A stretch of 59,478 bases of DNA, taken from IMG/VR virus record IMGVR_UViG_3300045935_000034, positions 1 through 59,478 of that record. The stretch is one strand, 5' to 3'. Numbering within the stretch: the first letter of the stretch is position 1; each line of letters opens with the position of its first letter. This DNA comes from a virus. Lineage: Duplodnaviria; Caudoviricetes. The position numbers and the translations under genes were made by a program. This document shows, piece after piece, positions 36,226-45,486 of the stretch. The notes below the pieces were generated by a model. That model was not told the origin of the DNA and made no database searches. It saw only the letters and a list, made by a program, of their open reading frames with translations.

Positions 36226-36623
36226 GGCGTGTCGCCGGTTGCTCGGGCGACCATGATTTCCCACGTGTGGTCGAGCGCGTCCATGATCAGCGGATCGTCG
36301 ATCGTCGCGGCGACTACTGTCACGATGCTTTCGTGACCCGCCATAGCTGACTCCTCGGTGGGGTAGCGGTTGCACAGATGGTCCATCGCGTCGTTGCCGA
36401 ACACCATGGTCTCGAAAATGATCGGCGCGAAGTACTGCCCGAACGACATATCGGTACCGAGCCAGATCGTGGAGACGTTGAACGACACCGACAGATCAGC
36501 AGCGGAGGTGATCATCGTGTTCGCGAGCCGCTGATACACCGGGTCGCTGAATAGGTTGCTCCACATCATCAGGTCGATGGGCTCGACGTTCTTGTCGTAA
36601 TACACAATCGTGAAAGGGTTCAC
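36222..36623 (-). CDS. Phage hypothetical protein
   Basis: VSTIWLG.D..FETMVF..RYPTEE.A.AGH. Confidence 0.75.
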   Translation of the reverse strand: MNPFTIVYYDKNVEPIDLMMWSNLFSDPVYQRLANTMITSAADLSVSFNVSTIWLGTDMSFGQYFAPIIFETMVFGNDAMDHLCNRYPTEESAMAGHESIVTVVAATIDDPLIMDALDHTWEIMVARATGDTP

Positions 36624-36916
36624 AGCTTGCCCCTGCTCTCACTGTGGCAGCTATCGCAGACACAGAACGGCCATTGGGTAGCGGGGAACCCGCCCCGCTC
36701 GTCGAGTACCGCGTCACCGGCGAGTTCAATGCGCACCTCCAGGCGCAGCGTGCGCGCCCCGCAGTCACGGCACGCAATGCCGACGAACGGGTTCGGTATC
36801 GGCTCGTCGTTCATGCGCACGCGAATGTATGTCCGCGCGGGGGCCGTGAACGACTCGACGAGCGCTGCGACGATCTCAGGCTCCCACTCGTCCTCGTGCT
36901 CGCTGCTGCTCAACAT
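36620..36916 (-). CDS. Hypothetical Zn-ribbon protein
   Basis: CRDC...CDSC; coupled. Confidence 0.6.
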   Translation of the reverse strand: MLSSSEHEDEWEPEIVAALVESFTAPARTYIRVRMNDEPIPNPFVGIACRDCGARTLRLEVRIELAGDAVLDERGGFPATQWPFCVCDSCHSESRGKL

Positions 36917-37086
36917 CCGACGTCCATCGGCACAGTGATGTAGACCCGTTCCCCGTCGGCGTCCAGCTCGCGCGGCAACATGCCCACGCTCAGCCGACGC
37001 GCGCGCAGCCACTCGACGAGGTCAGGCCAGAGCGCGGGATGAACGATCAGCATCCGCACCCGGTCGTCAGCTTCAGGTGGCGGCAT
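36910..37086 (-). CDS. Hypothetical protein
   Basis: AGGAGG RBS. Confidence 0.6.
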   Translation of the reverse strand: MPPPEADDRVRMLIVHPALWPDLVEWLRARRLSVGMLPRELDADGERVYITVPMDVGC

Positions 37087-37348
37087 CGCTGCCTCCTGGC
37101 GGGGGCGGCTTGTCGGTGAGCGGGCTCCACAGCTTCGCCAGGCGGGCACCCGACAGCACGAGCATTCCGCAGTGCCAGTACGGCTGTCCCCATGCCCAGC
37201 GCCGCCCACGCCGGTCGTATACGACGTTGACCCCGGGCGGCGGTGGGCACCTCCAGCTCTGGTAGTTCTTGATTCGCGGCTGACGCTGCTGCCCGTCGTC
37301 GGTGTCGACGGGCGCGGGCGGGCTTCCCCGCCTGCTGATTCTGGTCAT
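37073..37348 (-). CDS. Hypothetical protein
   Basis: ATGA-coupled; Trp-rich. Confidence 0.55.
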   Translation of the reverse strand: MTRISRRGSPPAPVDTDDGQQRQPRIKNYQSWRCPPPPGVNVVYDRRGRRWAWGQPYWHCGMLVLSGARLAKLWSPLTDKPPPPGGSDAAT

Positions 37349-37626
37349 GTGAGGCTCGGCGTAGTCGGCGGATGCTCGTCGTCGAGCGACAGGCCCAGCT
37401 CGACGCAGAGCGACGCCATGACGACGCTCACCGGCACGTCGAGCGCGACGGCGAGTGACTTGATGGTCTCCGGTAGGGGGAACGTGCGCAGTTGATGGTG
37501 AACGAGGTTGCTCATTGTCGAGCGCGCGATGACAGTCGGCCGCCCGGCTGTGCGGGCAGTCATCTGCTGATAGGAAAGGTTCTGCTCATGCTTGGCGCGC
37601 TGAATGAGATGACTGATGCTCGTCAT
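37345..37626 (-). CDS. HTH protein, paralogue of the repressor at 46451-46804
   Basis: HEQ.LSY..S.LVH..R.FP.PET..LA.ALDVP.SV shared with that gene. Confidence 0.8.
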   Translation of the reverse strand: MTSISHLIQRAKHEQNLSYQQMTARTAGRPTVIARSTMSNLVHHQLRTFPLPETIKSLAVALDVPVSVVMASLCVELGLSLDDEHPPTTPSLT

Positions 37627-38498
37627 GCGGGATCGCAAGGGGTGGGCGAAAATTTCGCATTGGTCGGTGTGGCCGGCACGGTGGAAATATCCCCGACCGG
37701 CGTGGCCGGCACACGGGCACCGACCCGGGGCGTTGCGCCGTTGCGCACATCGATGATGCGGAAGTTGCGATGCCCCAACGTTCCCTCCTTGTCCAGCCCA
37801 GTGACCGAGACGTCGCCGTAGTGCATCCGGACTTCCGTCTGATGGGCGAGGTGATAGTGACCGTGAATGATCGTGGCGGGCATGACACGGTCGACGATCA
37901 CCTGAAGTCGCTGTCGGTGCCGGTCAGCGCGGGCGAGATCTGCTGCCGCCCACAGCGGGCTCGGCTCGCCGAGCGCGAGCGGAACCTCTGACGGGGCGTC
38001 GTGACACACCATGACGTCGGCGTGTCCGCCGTCGAGCGCGAGCGTGGCGTCAGCGTCGGTGATCTCCTCGCCGGGCCACCAGGACAGCCCTTTGGTGCGT
38101 AGCGCTGCATCGACCGACACAGCGCCACCGAGCGCGAGCCACTCGCGGCCATGCCACGCCCAGCGATGCCCACGCGGAAGCCAGTCGATCTCGGACGCGA
38201 CGGCGACCGGCGCGGTGCACATTGGGCCGTCGCGTAGCGCGTCGAGTTGCGTGAAGTCCTCGTGATTGCCATCGACGAACATCAATTTGCCGTTCACGGC
38301 GCGCAGTGCGCGGTTCACGTCGTCGACATAGGCGAGGCCACCGCGGCCGGGCCAGATACCGAAGTCGCCGGTATGCAGCACGATGCGCGGCGACTCGTCG
38401 GGCAGCAGGTCGGGCAGCCGGGAGATCAGCGAGCGTGCCCAATTCCCGTTCGAGTGCCAGCATCCGGCCACGAGCACGTATGTAGGGTCAGCATTCAT
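37623..38498 (-). CDS. Calcineurin-like metallophosphoesterase
   Basis: GCWH (DxH variant), TGDFG, DGNHED, LGGAVSVD, CHDAP, HGHYH. Confidence 0.88.
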   Translation of the reverse strand: MNADPTYVLVAGCWHSNGNWARSLISRLPDLLPDESPRIVLHTGDFGIWPGRGGLAYVDDVNRALRAVNGKLMFVDGNHEDFTQLDALRDGPMCTAPVAVASEIDWLPRGHRWAWHGREWLALGGAVSVDAALRTKGLSWWPGEEITDADATLALDGGHADVMVCHDAPSEVPLALGEPSPLWAAADLARADRHRQRLQVIVDRVMPATIIHGHYHLAHQTEVRMHYGDVSVTGLDKEGTLGHRNFRIIDVRNGATPRVGARVPATPVGDISTVPATPTNAKFSPTPCDPA

Positions 38499-38835
38499 CG
38501 CAGTTGTCGGACTCTTGCTGCGCTTCGGTTTGCGAGATGTCATACTCTGTCGACCTTCCGTACGTGGCCTGCGTGGTCGTGCGGGCGTAGACGTGACCCA
38601 GGTCAGTTGCGAACGCGGCGAACACTTCCTGCGGTGCGCAGCTCAGCGCCCCGGCGATACCTCGGATGACTTCTGGAGCGGGGATGCGCTTGACGGTGTC
38701 CGCGCGGCTGAATATCTGTTCGATGGCTGACAGGCTCAGGCCGTGCGAGTCGGCCGCAAGCTCGCGCAGCGGGGCGTTCGGCCGCCACTTCTGGCGCAGT
38801 GCGCGCACAGTCGGCAACGGGTCCGGCTCGATCAT
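38488..38835 (-). CDS. HTH DNA-binding protein
   Basis: LRELA...LS.SAI..IPAPEVIRGIAGAL. Confidence 0.7.
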   Translation of the reverse strand: MIEPDPLPTVRALRQKWRPNAPLRELAADSHGLSLSAIEQIFSRADTVKRIPAPEVIRGIAGALSCAPQEVFAAFATDLGHVYARTTTQATYGRSTEYDISQTEAQQESDNCDEC

Positions 38836-39113
38836 TCGTCGTCCTCAGGCTCGATTTCCAGCCCGTAGTCCGGGTGCCGGTATCCGGCCATCACCATCTC
38901 GCCGCAATATCGACAGTGATACATGCCGAGCGGGACGCCCGTGAGCTGCTGCGGATCCCACGGCCAGGGACACTCGTCGCCCTCGGTGTCGCGCGGCCCC
39001 TGGATGCCCTCTGTGGGTAGCCGAATGTCGACGGCGTCCTTGGGTTCGATCTCATGCCACATGCGCGGGTGCTCGATCTTGGGCCGACCCACGGGGCGCC
39101 CTGTGCTGCTCAT
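38832..39113 (-). CDS. Hypothetical protein
   Basis: CPWPW.P..LGMYHC.YCG..V.AG..HPDY. Confidence 0.7.
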   Translation of the reverse strand: MSSTGRPVGRPKIEHPRMWHEIEPKDAVDIRLPTEGIQGPRDTEGDECPWPWDPQQLTGVPLGMYHCRYCGEMVMAGYRHPDYGLEIEPEDDE

Positions 39114-39298
39114 GTGACGCGCCGGTGGCGTGCGCGCAAGCCGTATTGAAAGACCAGGCCCGGCCACCATTTCACGTCGCACGGCTCGCAGTCCAGGAAC
39201 ACAGTCGAGCTGCGCGGCTTGATACTGACAGCGCGCACCTCGCCGCAGCGTGGGCAGCGGTGGCAATCGACCTTGTTGCGCTTGACTCTCGTCGTCAC
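39110..39298 (-). CDS. Small Zn-ribbon protein
   Basis: CPRC...CEPC; GGAAGAGG RBS. Confidence 0.6.
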   Translation of the reverse strand: MTTRVKRNKVDCHRCPRCGEVRAVSIKPRSSTVFLDCEPCDVKWWPGLVFQYGLRARHRRVT

Positions 39299-39678
39299 GT
39301 TGTCCTCTTCCGTCGTCGTAGGCGCGCGCTGCGTACGCACGGGACGCACTGACAGCCGTAGTAATCACTCGCGCTCGGCGTGCCGTGCCGGTCGGCGCGC
39401 AGCTCGACCGCGACGAGCACGCCGTCTATCAGCACGCGTCGCGCGAGGTGCTCGCGGCGCAGCTCGGCGCGCCGGTCGGCGTCGTTGTGCACGACGCCCG
39501 CGCGGCACCGTATGCAGTTGCACCCGTAGTAGTCGCTGACGTACGGCTTCCCGTGGTGCTCGTCGGGTACGTGGGCAGCGATGAACACGCCCTCAACGCG
39601 TACACAGCGCTGGCGGGCGCGGGCTCGGGCTCGCTGCTGGGTGGTCAGCTCAGGGGTGATGCAGGTCTGCTGGGTCAC
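39295..39678 (-). CDS. Protein with duplicated HG..SDYYGCxCxxC motif
   Basis: Two copies of the His/Cys motif. Confidence 0.7.
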   Translation of the reverse strand: MTQQTCITPELTTQQRARARARQRCVRVEGVFIAAHVPDEHHGKPYVSDYYGCNCIRCRAGVVHNDADRRAELRREHLARRVLIDGVLVAVELRADRHGTPSASDYYGCQCVPCVRSARLRRRKRTT

Positions 39679-40064
39679 GGGGCGACACTCTGGAACGTCC
39701 CTGGCGAGCCCGGCGAGCGCCACGTCTGGGTCTGGCCGTTTTTGTTCCAGCCCAAGGGGTCGGACTCCAGCTCGCCGTCGAACATCGCGGCGGCGATGAT
39801 CGTCGCGGTGAACGTGTCCGGGGTCGTTCCCGCGTAGCACCAATACCGGTCATAGATGTACGGGACATCGACCGGGGTCGTGGTGATCCTGTAGTTGTGC
39901 ATCATCCGCTGGACATCGACGAAATGATGTTCAGTGCGCACGATCCGCCAGCCACCGTCGACAGGCTCGACGAGCAGCGCTCCCGGCCCGACGAGAGGCG
40001 TCAGGAACTCGCGCAGGACTGCTATGTCAGCATGTCGGCTGAGCGCGTCTCCGTTCGTGGTCAC
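39675..40064 (-). CDS. Hypothetical protein
   Basis: DRYWCY..P.GWNK. Confidence 0.7.
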   Translation of the reverse strand: MTTNGDALSRHADIAVLREFLTPLVGPGALLVEPVDGGWRIVRTEHHFVDVQRMMHNYRITTTPVDVPYIYDRYWCYAGTTPDTFTATIIAAAMFDGELESDPLGWNKNGQTQTWRSPGSPGTFQSVAP

Positions 40065-40393
40065 AGTATCTCCCGGGGTTCGATGGCAGCGGCGATAGCG
40101 CGCAGCGTCTTGGCGTGTGCAGTGAGTTCGCTGGGCAGCACTGCGGGCGGGACGGGCTCCCACGCCGCAGTGCCGGTCAAGAGCCACGCGGGGTCTGCGT
40201 TAAGAAACTCGGCGACTTTCACGACCTGCTCGGCCGACATGCGCTGACGCCCGCCCTCAATGTTGGTGATGCTCGCGCGTTGCAGGCTCAGCATGTGGCC
40301 GAGCTGTGCCTGAGTCAGCGACGCAGAGAATCGCGCCAGCGTGACCCGCTTACCGAAGTCGGTCCAGTACGCGGAATTGACCTGGGCGACCAT
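40061..40393 (-). CDS. XRE-family HTH regulator
   Basis: FGKRV..R....LTQAQLG...RASITNIEGGRQ..WLLTG. Confidence 0.88.
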   Translation of the reverse strand: MVAQVNSAYWTDFGKRVTLARFSASLTQAQLGHMLSLQRASITNIEGGRQRMSAEQVVKVAEFLNADPAWLLTGTAAWEPVPPAVLPSELTAHAKTLRAIAAAIEPREIL

Positions 40394-41002
40394 TTACCTG
40401 TTCCCGTCGTCGACGGGCATGTACTGCGCGAGCCTGACCACGAACTGCTCAGCCCCCGCCTTGTCGAGCCGCATGGTCTCGATCAGGCAGCTCCGCAGAC
40501 CCATGTCCAGGTTGACTGCCGCGAGAACGGACATGACATCGACGGCGTGCCGACGCAGAGCTTCCGGGGTCAGCTCACCGACCCTCTGATCATGCAACCG
40601 CATCAGCAGCATCGGCACGAAATGCCCCGCGAATGGGTGCGCCCCAACGGCTCGGCCAATGGCCGGCACGAAGGCTACCGGGCGCGTGGCCGCGTCTTCG
40701 ACGTTTCCCCGGTACGGCCGCATGTCTCCGGTGACAACCTTGTACGCGTCGTCATCGCTCATTTCGAGACGCTCGGTCAGCATCCGCATGATGGCCGTCG
40801 AGTGGTCGGCCTCGGTCGCTCGCGCTATCGCAGCACTGGCATACGCGAGGGCCTGACTGCGCCGCAGCGGGAAACTCTCGTCCGGGCCGACGAACACGAC
40901 CACCCCGTACGCCCCGTTGTGCGAGATATCGGACTCGACCCGCAAGGTGTAGCGCTCCAACTGCGCGTCGTCCTGCTCGTCCTGCTCGTCCTGCGTGGTC
41001 AT
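40394..41002 (-). CDS. Hypothetical protein
   Basis: AGGA RBS, ATGA coupling. Confidence 0.7.
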   Translation of the reverse strand: MTTQDEQDEQDDAQLERYTLRVESDISHNGAYGVVVFVGPDESFPLRRSQALAYASAAIARATEADHSTAIMRMLTERLEMSDDDAYKVVTGDMRPYRGNVEDAATRPVAFVPAIGRAVGAHPFAGHFVPMLLMRLHDQRVGELTPEALRRHAVDVMSVLAAVNLDMGLRSCLIETMRLDKAGAEQFVVRLAQYMPVDDGNR

Positions 41003-41364
41003 TTCCTGGCCTTCTGGTTGCGCTGCGGGGGGTTCTCCTGCGCTTGCGACAGCAGGTAGGTCCGTACCTCGTTGCGCGAGAGGCGAGCCCCTTTGACGTA
41101 GTACCCCTTCACGAGCACCGATCGACGATCGAACTTCCCGCCACCGAGCGCGGGATAGATCACCGCGGCACCGCGACAGCGCAGGCACTCTAGCTCGATC
41201 CGCCACGGCTCGCCCGCCTCGGCGCGCAGCCAGCCCTTATGCGTCGGGTTCCACGCGTGACCGATGGCGCGACACATCAGATACGCCTCGGGCGACGACG
41301 CGAGGTAGTCGTCAATGTCGGTGTCATCCGCGTTGCCCGTCACACGGCCGCGACGAATACTCAC
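40999..41364 (-). CDS. Hypothetical protein (C..GHAW..C.RC)
   Basis: Actinophage-type Zn motif; coupled. Confidence 0.7.
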   Translation of the reverse strand: MSIRRGRVTGNADDTDIDDYLASSPEAYLMCRAIGHAWNPTHKGWLRAEAGEPWRIELECLRCRGAAVIYPALGGGKFDRRSVLVKGYYVKGARLSRNEVRTYLLSQAQENPPQRNQKARK

Positions 41365-41879
41365 GCGTTCGTCAAGGTCTGCTGGCCGTTCGTGGCGGGC
41401 CGGGACGCACCGTTGGCTCTCGCGTGCTTACGCTGGAAGTTGCTCCAGCATACGAACAACGCACCGGTCCAGCCCATCGCTTTCTTCCATGCCGGATACA
41501 CGTCGAACGGAATGCGCCCTTTTTCGCCGAGCTGTGGCCAGCCGTGAGTCATCGCCCAGTTGCGCGCGTCGAGCCGCAGTTGCTTGTACTGCTCACGCTC
41601 GACGTAGGTAGCGTCCGGCGGCGTCGACCACTCGGCAAGCTCGCTCGCGGGCGACGCTGCTGACGTGGAGGACGCCACAGTGGACGCGTGCACGACAGTG
41701 GGCGGCTTGCCCGACTTTCGTGCGTGCTCGACCCACTGCGCCATCTGGGTCTCGAACTCGGCGACGTGCTTCGCGCTCAGGTCGATGGCGTAGTCCTTGC
41801 CACGCCACCCGAACTCGACTGTACCGACTGCCTCGGTGGTCTTGTCGAAGTCATCAACCAATCGGATTTGCTGCGCCAT
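41361..41879 (-). CDS. lsr2: Lsr2-like nucleoid-associated protein
   Basis: LVDDFD..TVEFG..G..Y.IDLS dimerisation domain; RNWA...G....KGRIP AT-hook. Confidence 0.9.
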   Translation of the reverse strand: MAQQIRLVDDFDKTTEAVGTVEFGWRGKDYAIDLSAKHVAEFETQMAQWVEHARKSGKPPTVVHASTVASSTSAASPASELAEWSTPPDATYVEREQYKQLRLDARNWAMTHGWPQLGEKGRIPFDVYPAWKKAMGWTGALFVCWSNFQRKHARANGASRPATNGQQTLTNA

Positions 41880-42019
41880 AGTCGCAGGTCAACCCCTTCC
41901 CGAAGCCGGTGGAATAATCCCCCGCGACGATCGGTGATGATCATTGCGCGTAGGGGGTGATTCAGGCCCAGGGTCCATGGGATATGGCAGAGCTAACACG
42001 GGCGTGATGATCAACCGCA

Positions 42020-42067
42020 AGCATTCCCCGACGACTCACCCGAACGTGAGTCACCGGGGAATGCTGA
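42020..42067 (-). terminator. Long hairpin downstream of the integrase
   Basis: AGCATTCCCCG..GACTCAC / GTGAGTC..CGGGGAATGCT. Confidence 0.7.
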
Positions 42068-42093
42068 CTGTGAAAGAGTGGTTGCCTGACGTT

Positions 42094-43746
42094 TTACTGC
42101 GAAGTGACAACCGGCAGTGCCCCTGGCGGGGTCAGCTGGACGCGCAGGTCGAAGCCCTTGAGTCGCGTCATGCCCGCAGGTCGTTGCACGTCGCGAGAGG
42201 GGATGATGGTGACTGTCATCAGTGACTGCACGATGGCGCGCCTGTATTCAATGTCGGTGATCGTGTCGTATGCAGCGACCGGGTCAGCAGCGTCAGCAAC
42301 GCCGAGCAATGGTGATGTGGATGCAACGGTGCCGAGTTCGTAGTCCACCGCAGCGAGCTTGACTTTCAGTGGCTCGATTGCCCTCAGCATCTCCCTGAGT
42401 GCGATCAGCTCCTTGGCATACGCGTCGGCGCACTCGTCGATCAGTACACGTAGCTCAGTCGCACGTCGTCTCAGCCCGGCCACATCGACTTCTGGGTGAC
42501 TCTGTACCAGCTTCGCGCCCTGTTCGCGCAGAATCCGGCGCACTGCCTCGTTTACTACCCTGTCAGCGATATGCGTAGCTATGGACATGTGCGCACCCGC
42601 GCGGCATCGATACGTTCGATACGCGCCCTTGGGCGCCATGGACTTGCCTGTCATCATCAGGGCACCGCAGTTGCCGCAACGGTAGACACCGTTTCCGAGC
42701 TGTGGATTGTTGCCAGCTCTCGCGGTGATCCGCTCTGGGTCATTGAGCTTGGCCCGCAGTGCTCGCCACGTGTCTTCACTGATAATGGCGGGCCACTGTG
42801 CGGTGGTGAGTACTCGGTCAGACCCATCATTGACGAGGACGATTCCGGCATTGCGAGGGTTCAGCATGATGTTCCTGACAGACAGTCGGTGCCAGTGCCC
42901 GCGAATAATCGGTATGCCCCGGTCTGCGAACTCCCATACGACTTCGCGCGGCGACTGTATGTCACGTCCAGATGGGGGCGGTGCGTACATCCGTTCGACA
43001 GCCTCATAGATCAGCGCGGCCTCGTCGGGGCGTTCGTTGCTTGGCGTCTTGGCGACAAGCTCGGCGAGCATTGGCCTCGACCATGTGCACGGCGGGCAAT
43101 GCTCGTCCCATTTCGCAACGAGGCTTCGCAGGGACCTTCCGCTGAGCAGGTGCTCAGCGCCGTCCCTGATCCATCTTGCTTCGCGTTCACGTATCCGCAT
43201 TCCGTGGCGCTCATACCCGAACGCGCGTTGCCCTCCCATGAACTCGCCGGTCTTGCGTTTGCCGACCTTCGAGTCGATAACGCGCTCGGCGTCGCGCTCA
43301 GCCTCCGCAGCATCCCATGCTGCCAGCGTCCGGGCGACCGCGCGGCCATCTGCCGTGTTCAGGTTGAAACTGGGGCTCCGAATGAACCGGTACTCGATTG
43401 CCGCAGTCTCGGCGAGTTCAATCTGGTCCTCATGCTCACGCGGGCGGCGAGTGAGTCGCGCGCTGGTGTAGGCATAGATGATGCTGCCCGGGTCGCTGCG
43501 CGCGTCGCGCAAGAGGCGGTCATACTGCGGTCGCTTCTTTTTCGAGTGCTTCGATGCGCCGATGTCGTTGTCGCGATATGAGTCGACGATCACCAGCGTG
43601 GGGTCCTTTTCTATTACCGAGATCAGGCCGTTGTGCTGGAGTTCCACGCCGAGCTCGCGCCCCTCCCTGTCTCTGCTGATCCGCTCATACAAGCGAACGT
43701 GACGTGGCGTTGCGATCATTAACGGGTGCGGTGCGGCAGTGGTCAT
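42094..43746 (-). CDS. int: Large serine recombinase (phiRv1-type integrase); alternative start GTG 43758
   Basis: YERISRD..GV..Q, DNDIGAS..RPQY, RLTRRP, AFGY, NPRNAG, WPAII, CGNCG..YRC. Confidence 0.95.
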   Translation of the reverse strand: MTTAAPHPLMIATPRHVRLYERISRDREGRELGVELQHNGLISVIEKDPTLVIVDSYRDNDIGASKHSKKKRPQYDRLLRDARSDPGSIIYAYTSARLTRRPREHEDQIELAETAAIEYRFIRSPSFNLNTADGRAVARTLAAWDAAEAERDAERVIDSKVGKRKTGEFMGGQRAFGYERHGMRIREREARWIRDGAEHLLSGRSLRSLVAKWDEHCPPCTWSRPMLAELVAKTPSNERPDEAALIYEAVERMYAPPPSGRDIQSPREVVWEFADRGIPIIRGHWHRLSVRNIMLNPRNAGIVLVNDGSDRVLTTAQWPAIISEDTWRALRAKLNDPERITARAGNNPQLGNGVYRCGNCGALMMTGKSMAPKGAYRTYRCRAGAHMSIATHIADRVVNEAVRRILREQGAKLVQSHPEVDVAGLRRRATELRVLIDECADAYAKELIALREMLRAIEPLKVKLAAVDYELGTVASTSPLLGVADAADPVAAYDTITDIEYRRAIVQSLMTVTIIPSRDVQRPAGMTRLKGFDLRVQLTPPGALPVVTSQ

Positions 43747-44011
43747 GGCGCGAGTCACTTTCAGTCATACGTCAGACGCGAGGCGTGGTTGCCTGGCGGT
43801 TGACGCATACTGTAGTTAATGAACAACGTCGAGACAAACTTGCACAACGACACGATGCTGTGCGCTTAGACTGACACGACGTCGTGGACTGATGTTTGTG
43901 CAGCTCAGCGCGCATATGCGCTGAATCGCGCAGGGCGTTACCTGGCGAGTAACGTGAGCCCGGCTGTGAGCGTCACAGCAGCCTGACCAGCCCCGATAGG
44001 TAGTTGCGCAC

Positions 44012-44203
44012 ATGCTCGAACATCGCTCGTCTACACGCACGCCCTGCACGGGCCCTCACGCCCCGTTCTCTGTCTGCTCGTCCACGATGCTCGTCGTCGT
44101 CTGCAAGGCGTGCGGGCAGCGCTGGGCTGACGACGACATCCCCGCGGAAGTTCGCGCCCAGCTTGACGCCGCGCACGCGTTCGTCACTCTCGGTGAAGCA
44201 TGA
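44012..44203 (+). CDS. Small Cys-rich protein
   Basis: ATGA-coupled to the next gene. Confidence 0.5.
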   Translation: MLEHRSSTRTPCTGPHAPFSVCSSTMLVVVCKACGQRWADDDIPAEVRAQLDAAHAFVTLGEA

Positions 44204-44631
44204 GCACCCCGGCTATTTGTTACACGTGTCGTCGTGCTCTCGATCTTCACACGAACGAGGACGGCGCGACATACGTTCACAGCCCGCTCGACGCGGACGA
44301 CCACGAGGCGATACCGATCGTCCCCGGTCCGTCGTGGCGTGGCAGGTGCGACTTCTGCTCGCAGGGCGTCGCGGAGTTTATGTTGCCAGCGCGAGACTTC
44401 CGCGTTCCGCACGACCCAATGAGTATGAGCAACGGCGACTGGGGTGCGTGCATGATCTGCGCGCAGCTGATCACGACCGGCTTATGGGACGAGGTAGCGG
44501 AGCGGGCCACCACTTTCTATGTAACCCAGCATGGCGGTACCGATGTGGTCGAATACAAGGCTACAGTGGGGCGCTTGTACTCGGTTCTGCGACAAAACAT
44601 TATCGGTCCGATAACCGAGCTAGGAGAATAG
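44200..44631 (+). CDS. Hypothetical Zn-binding protein
   Basis: CYTC, CDFC, WGACMIC. Confidence 0.72.
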   Translation: MSTPAICYTCRRALDLHTNEDGATYVHSPLDADDHEAIPIVPGPSWRGRCDFCSQGVAEFMLPARDFRVPHDPMSMSNGDWGACMICAQLITTGLWDEVAERATTFYVTQHGGTDVVEYKATVGRLYSVLRQNIIGPITELGE

Positions 44632-44635
44632 AGCG

Positions 44636-44851
44636 GTGAGATTGACCCACGCGCAATACCGGATGTTGGTCGGATTAGGGCGTCAACGTGGCGGGAAGGC
44701 ACTCGTCGGTAACCTCTTATCGGCGTGCATCCTGGAACGACGCGGGCTCGTCGCCGTGGGCACGGCTGATCAATCTGGGCGTGCACCAGTGACACTGACC
44801 CCGCGCGGGCGTGTCCTTGCAGCCGGAGCGGGGGCCGCTCCGTGCAACTGA
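44636..44851 (+). CDS. Small winged-helix-like protein
   Basis: LERRGLV..LTPRGR. Confidence 0.6.
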   Translation: MRLTHAQYRMLVGLGRQRGGKALVGNLLSACILERRGLVAVGTADQSGRAPVTLTPRGRVLAAGAGAAPCN

Positions 44852-45486
44852 CAGGCGCACAGCGCGAGCATCGCGCCCAGAAAATAGCGGTCAAGATCAA
44901 GGCACGCATGACGGAGCTGTCGTTATCGCAGGCCGAGGTGGCGCGCCGTTGCAATATCAGTACGGCGACGTTCCGCAATAGGCTTCTCCGCTTCTCCTCA
45001 GCACAGCAGGACATCGTGTCACTGGCGCAATTGTCGCTCGCGATGGAGTGGCCGGTCGAATATCTCAGCAAGGTTCTCGACGGCACTTACGACCTCAGCG
45101 ACGATCCAGCGGCTTTGCCGGCCACACCGAGCCCCGCGCAAAAAACGTTGCCCCGTAAGCGGAAGGTCGTCGCCCCGCCACAAGAACGGCTCGCCGAGAG
45201 CGACCTCGATGCGCATATCAGCGCACTGGTAGCCGCCGCGCCCACGCTGACACCCGCACAGGCCGAGCGGATCAGGAACATTGTGCCCGCGCTGACGCCC
45301 GCGAAGGTCAGCAAGTTGGCTGTGAATGAACGCGCAGCGCCACCACTGGCAGAACGAGTAGCAGAGCTGGAAAGAGTGGTCGCGCGTCTCGCGCGGCACG
45401 AGCAGAGTCGCAACCTCCATCCGCCCCAGACCCCGGCGACCTCCACCAACGGGAACGGCGCTCATGAGCAGAGATATCGAGCCTGA
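44842..45486 (+). CDS. XRE-type HTH protein with a phiRv1 RDF-like motif
   Basis: LSQAEVARRCNIS HTH; ISALVAAAPTLTPAQAERIRNIV. Confidence 0.72.
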   Translation: MQLTGAQREHRAQKIAVKIKARMTELSLSQAEVARRCNISTATFRNRLLRFSSAQQDIVSLAQLSLAMEWPVEYLSKVLDGTYDLSDDPAALPATPSPAQKTLPRKRKVVAPPQERLAESDLDAHISALVAAAPTLTPAQAERIRNIVPALTPAKVSKLAVNERAAPPLAERVAELERVVARLARHEQSRNLHPPQTPATSTNGNGAHEQRYRA

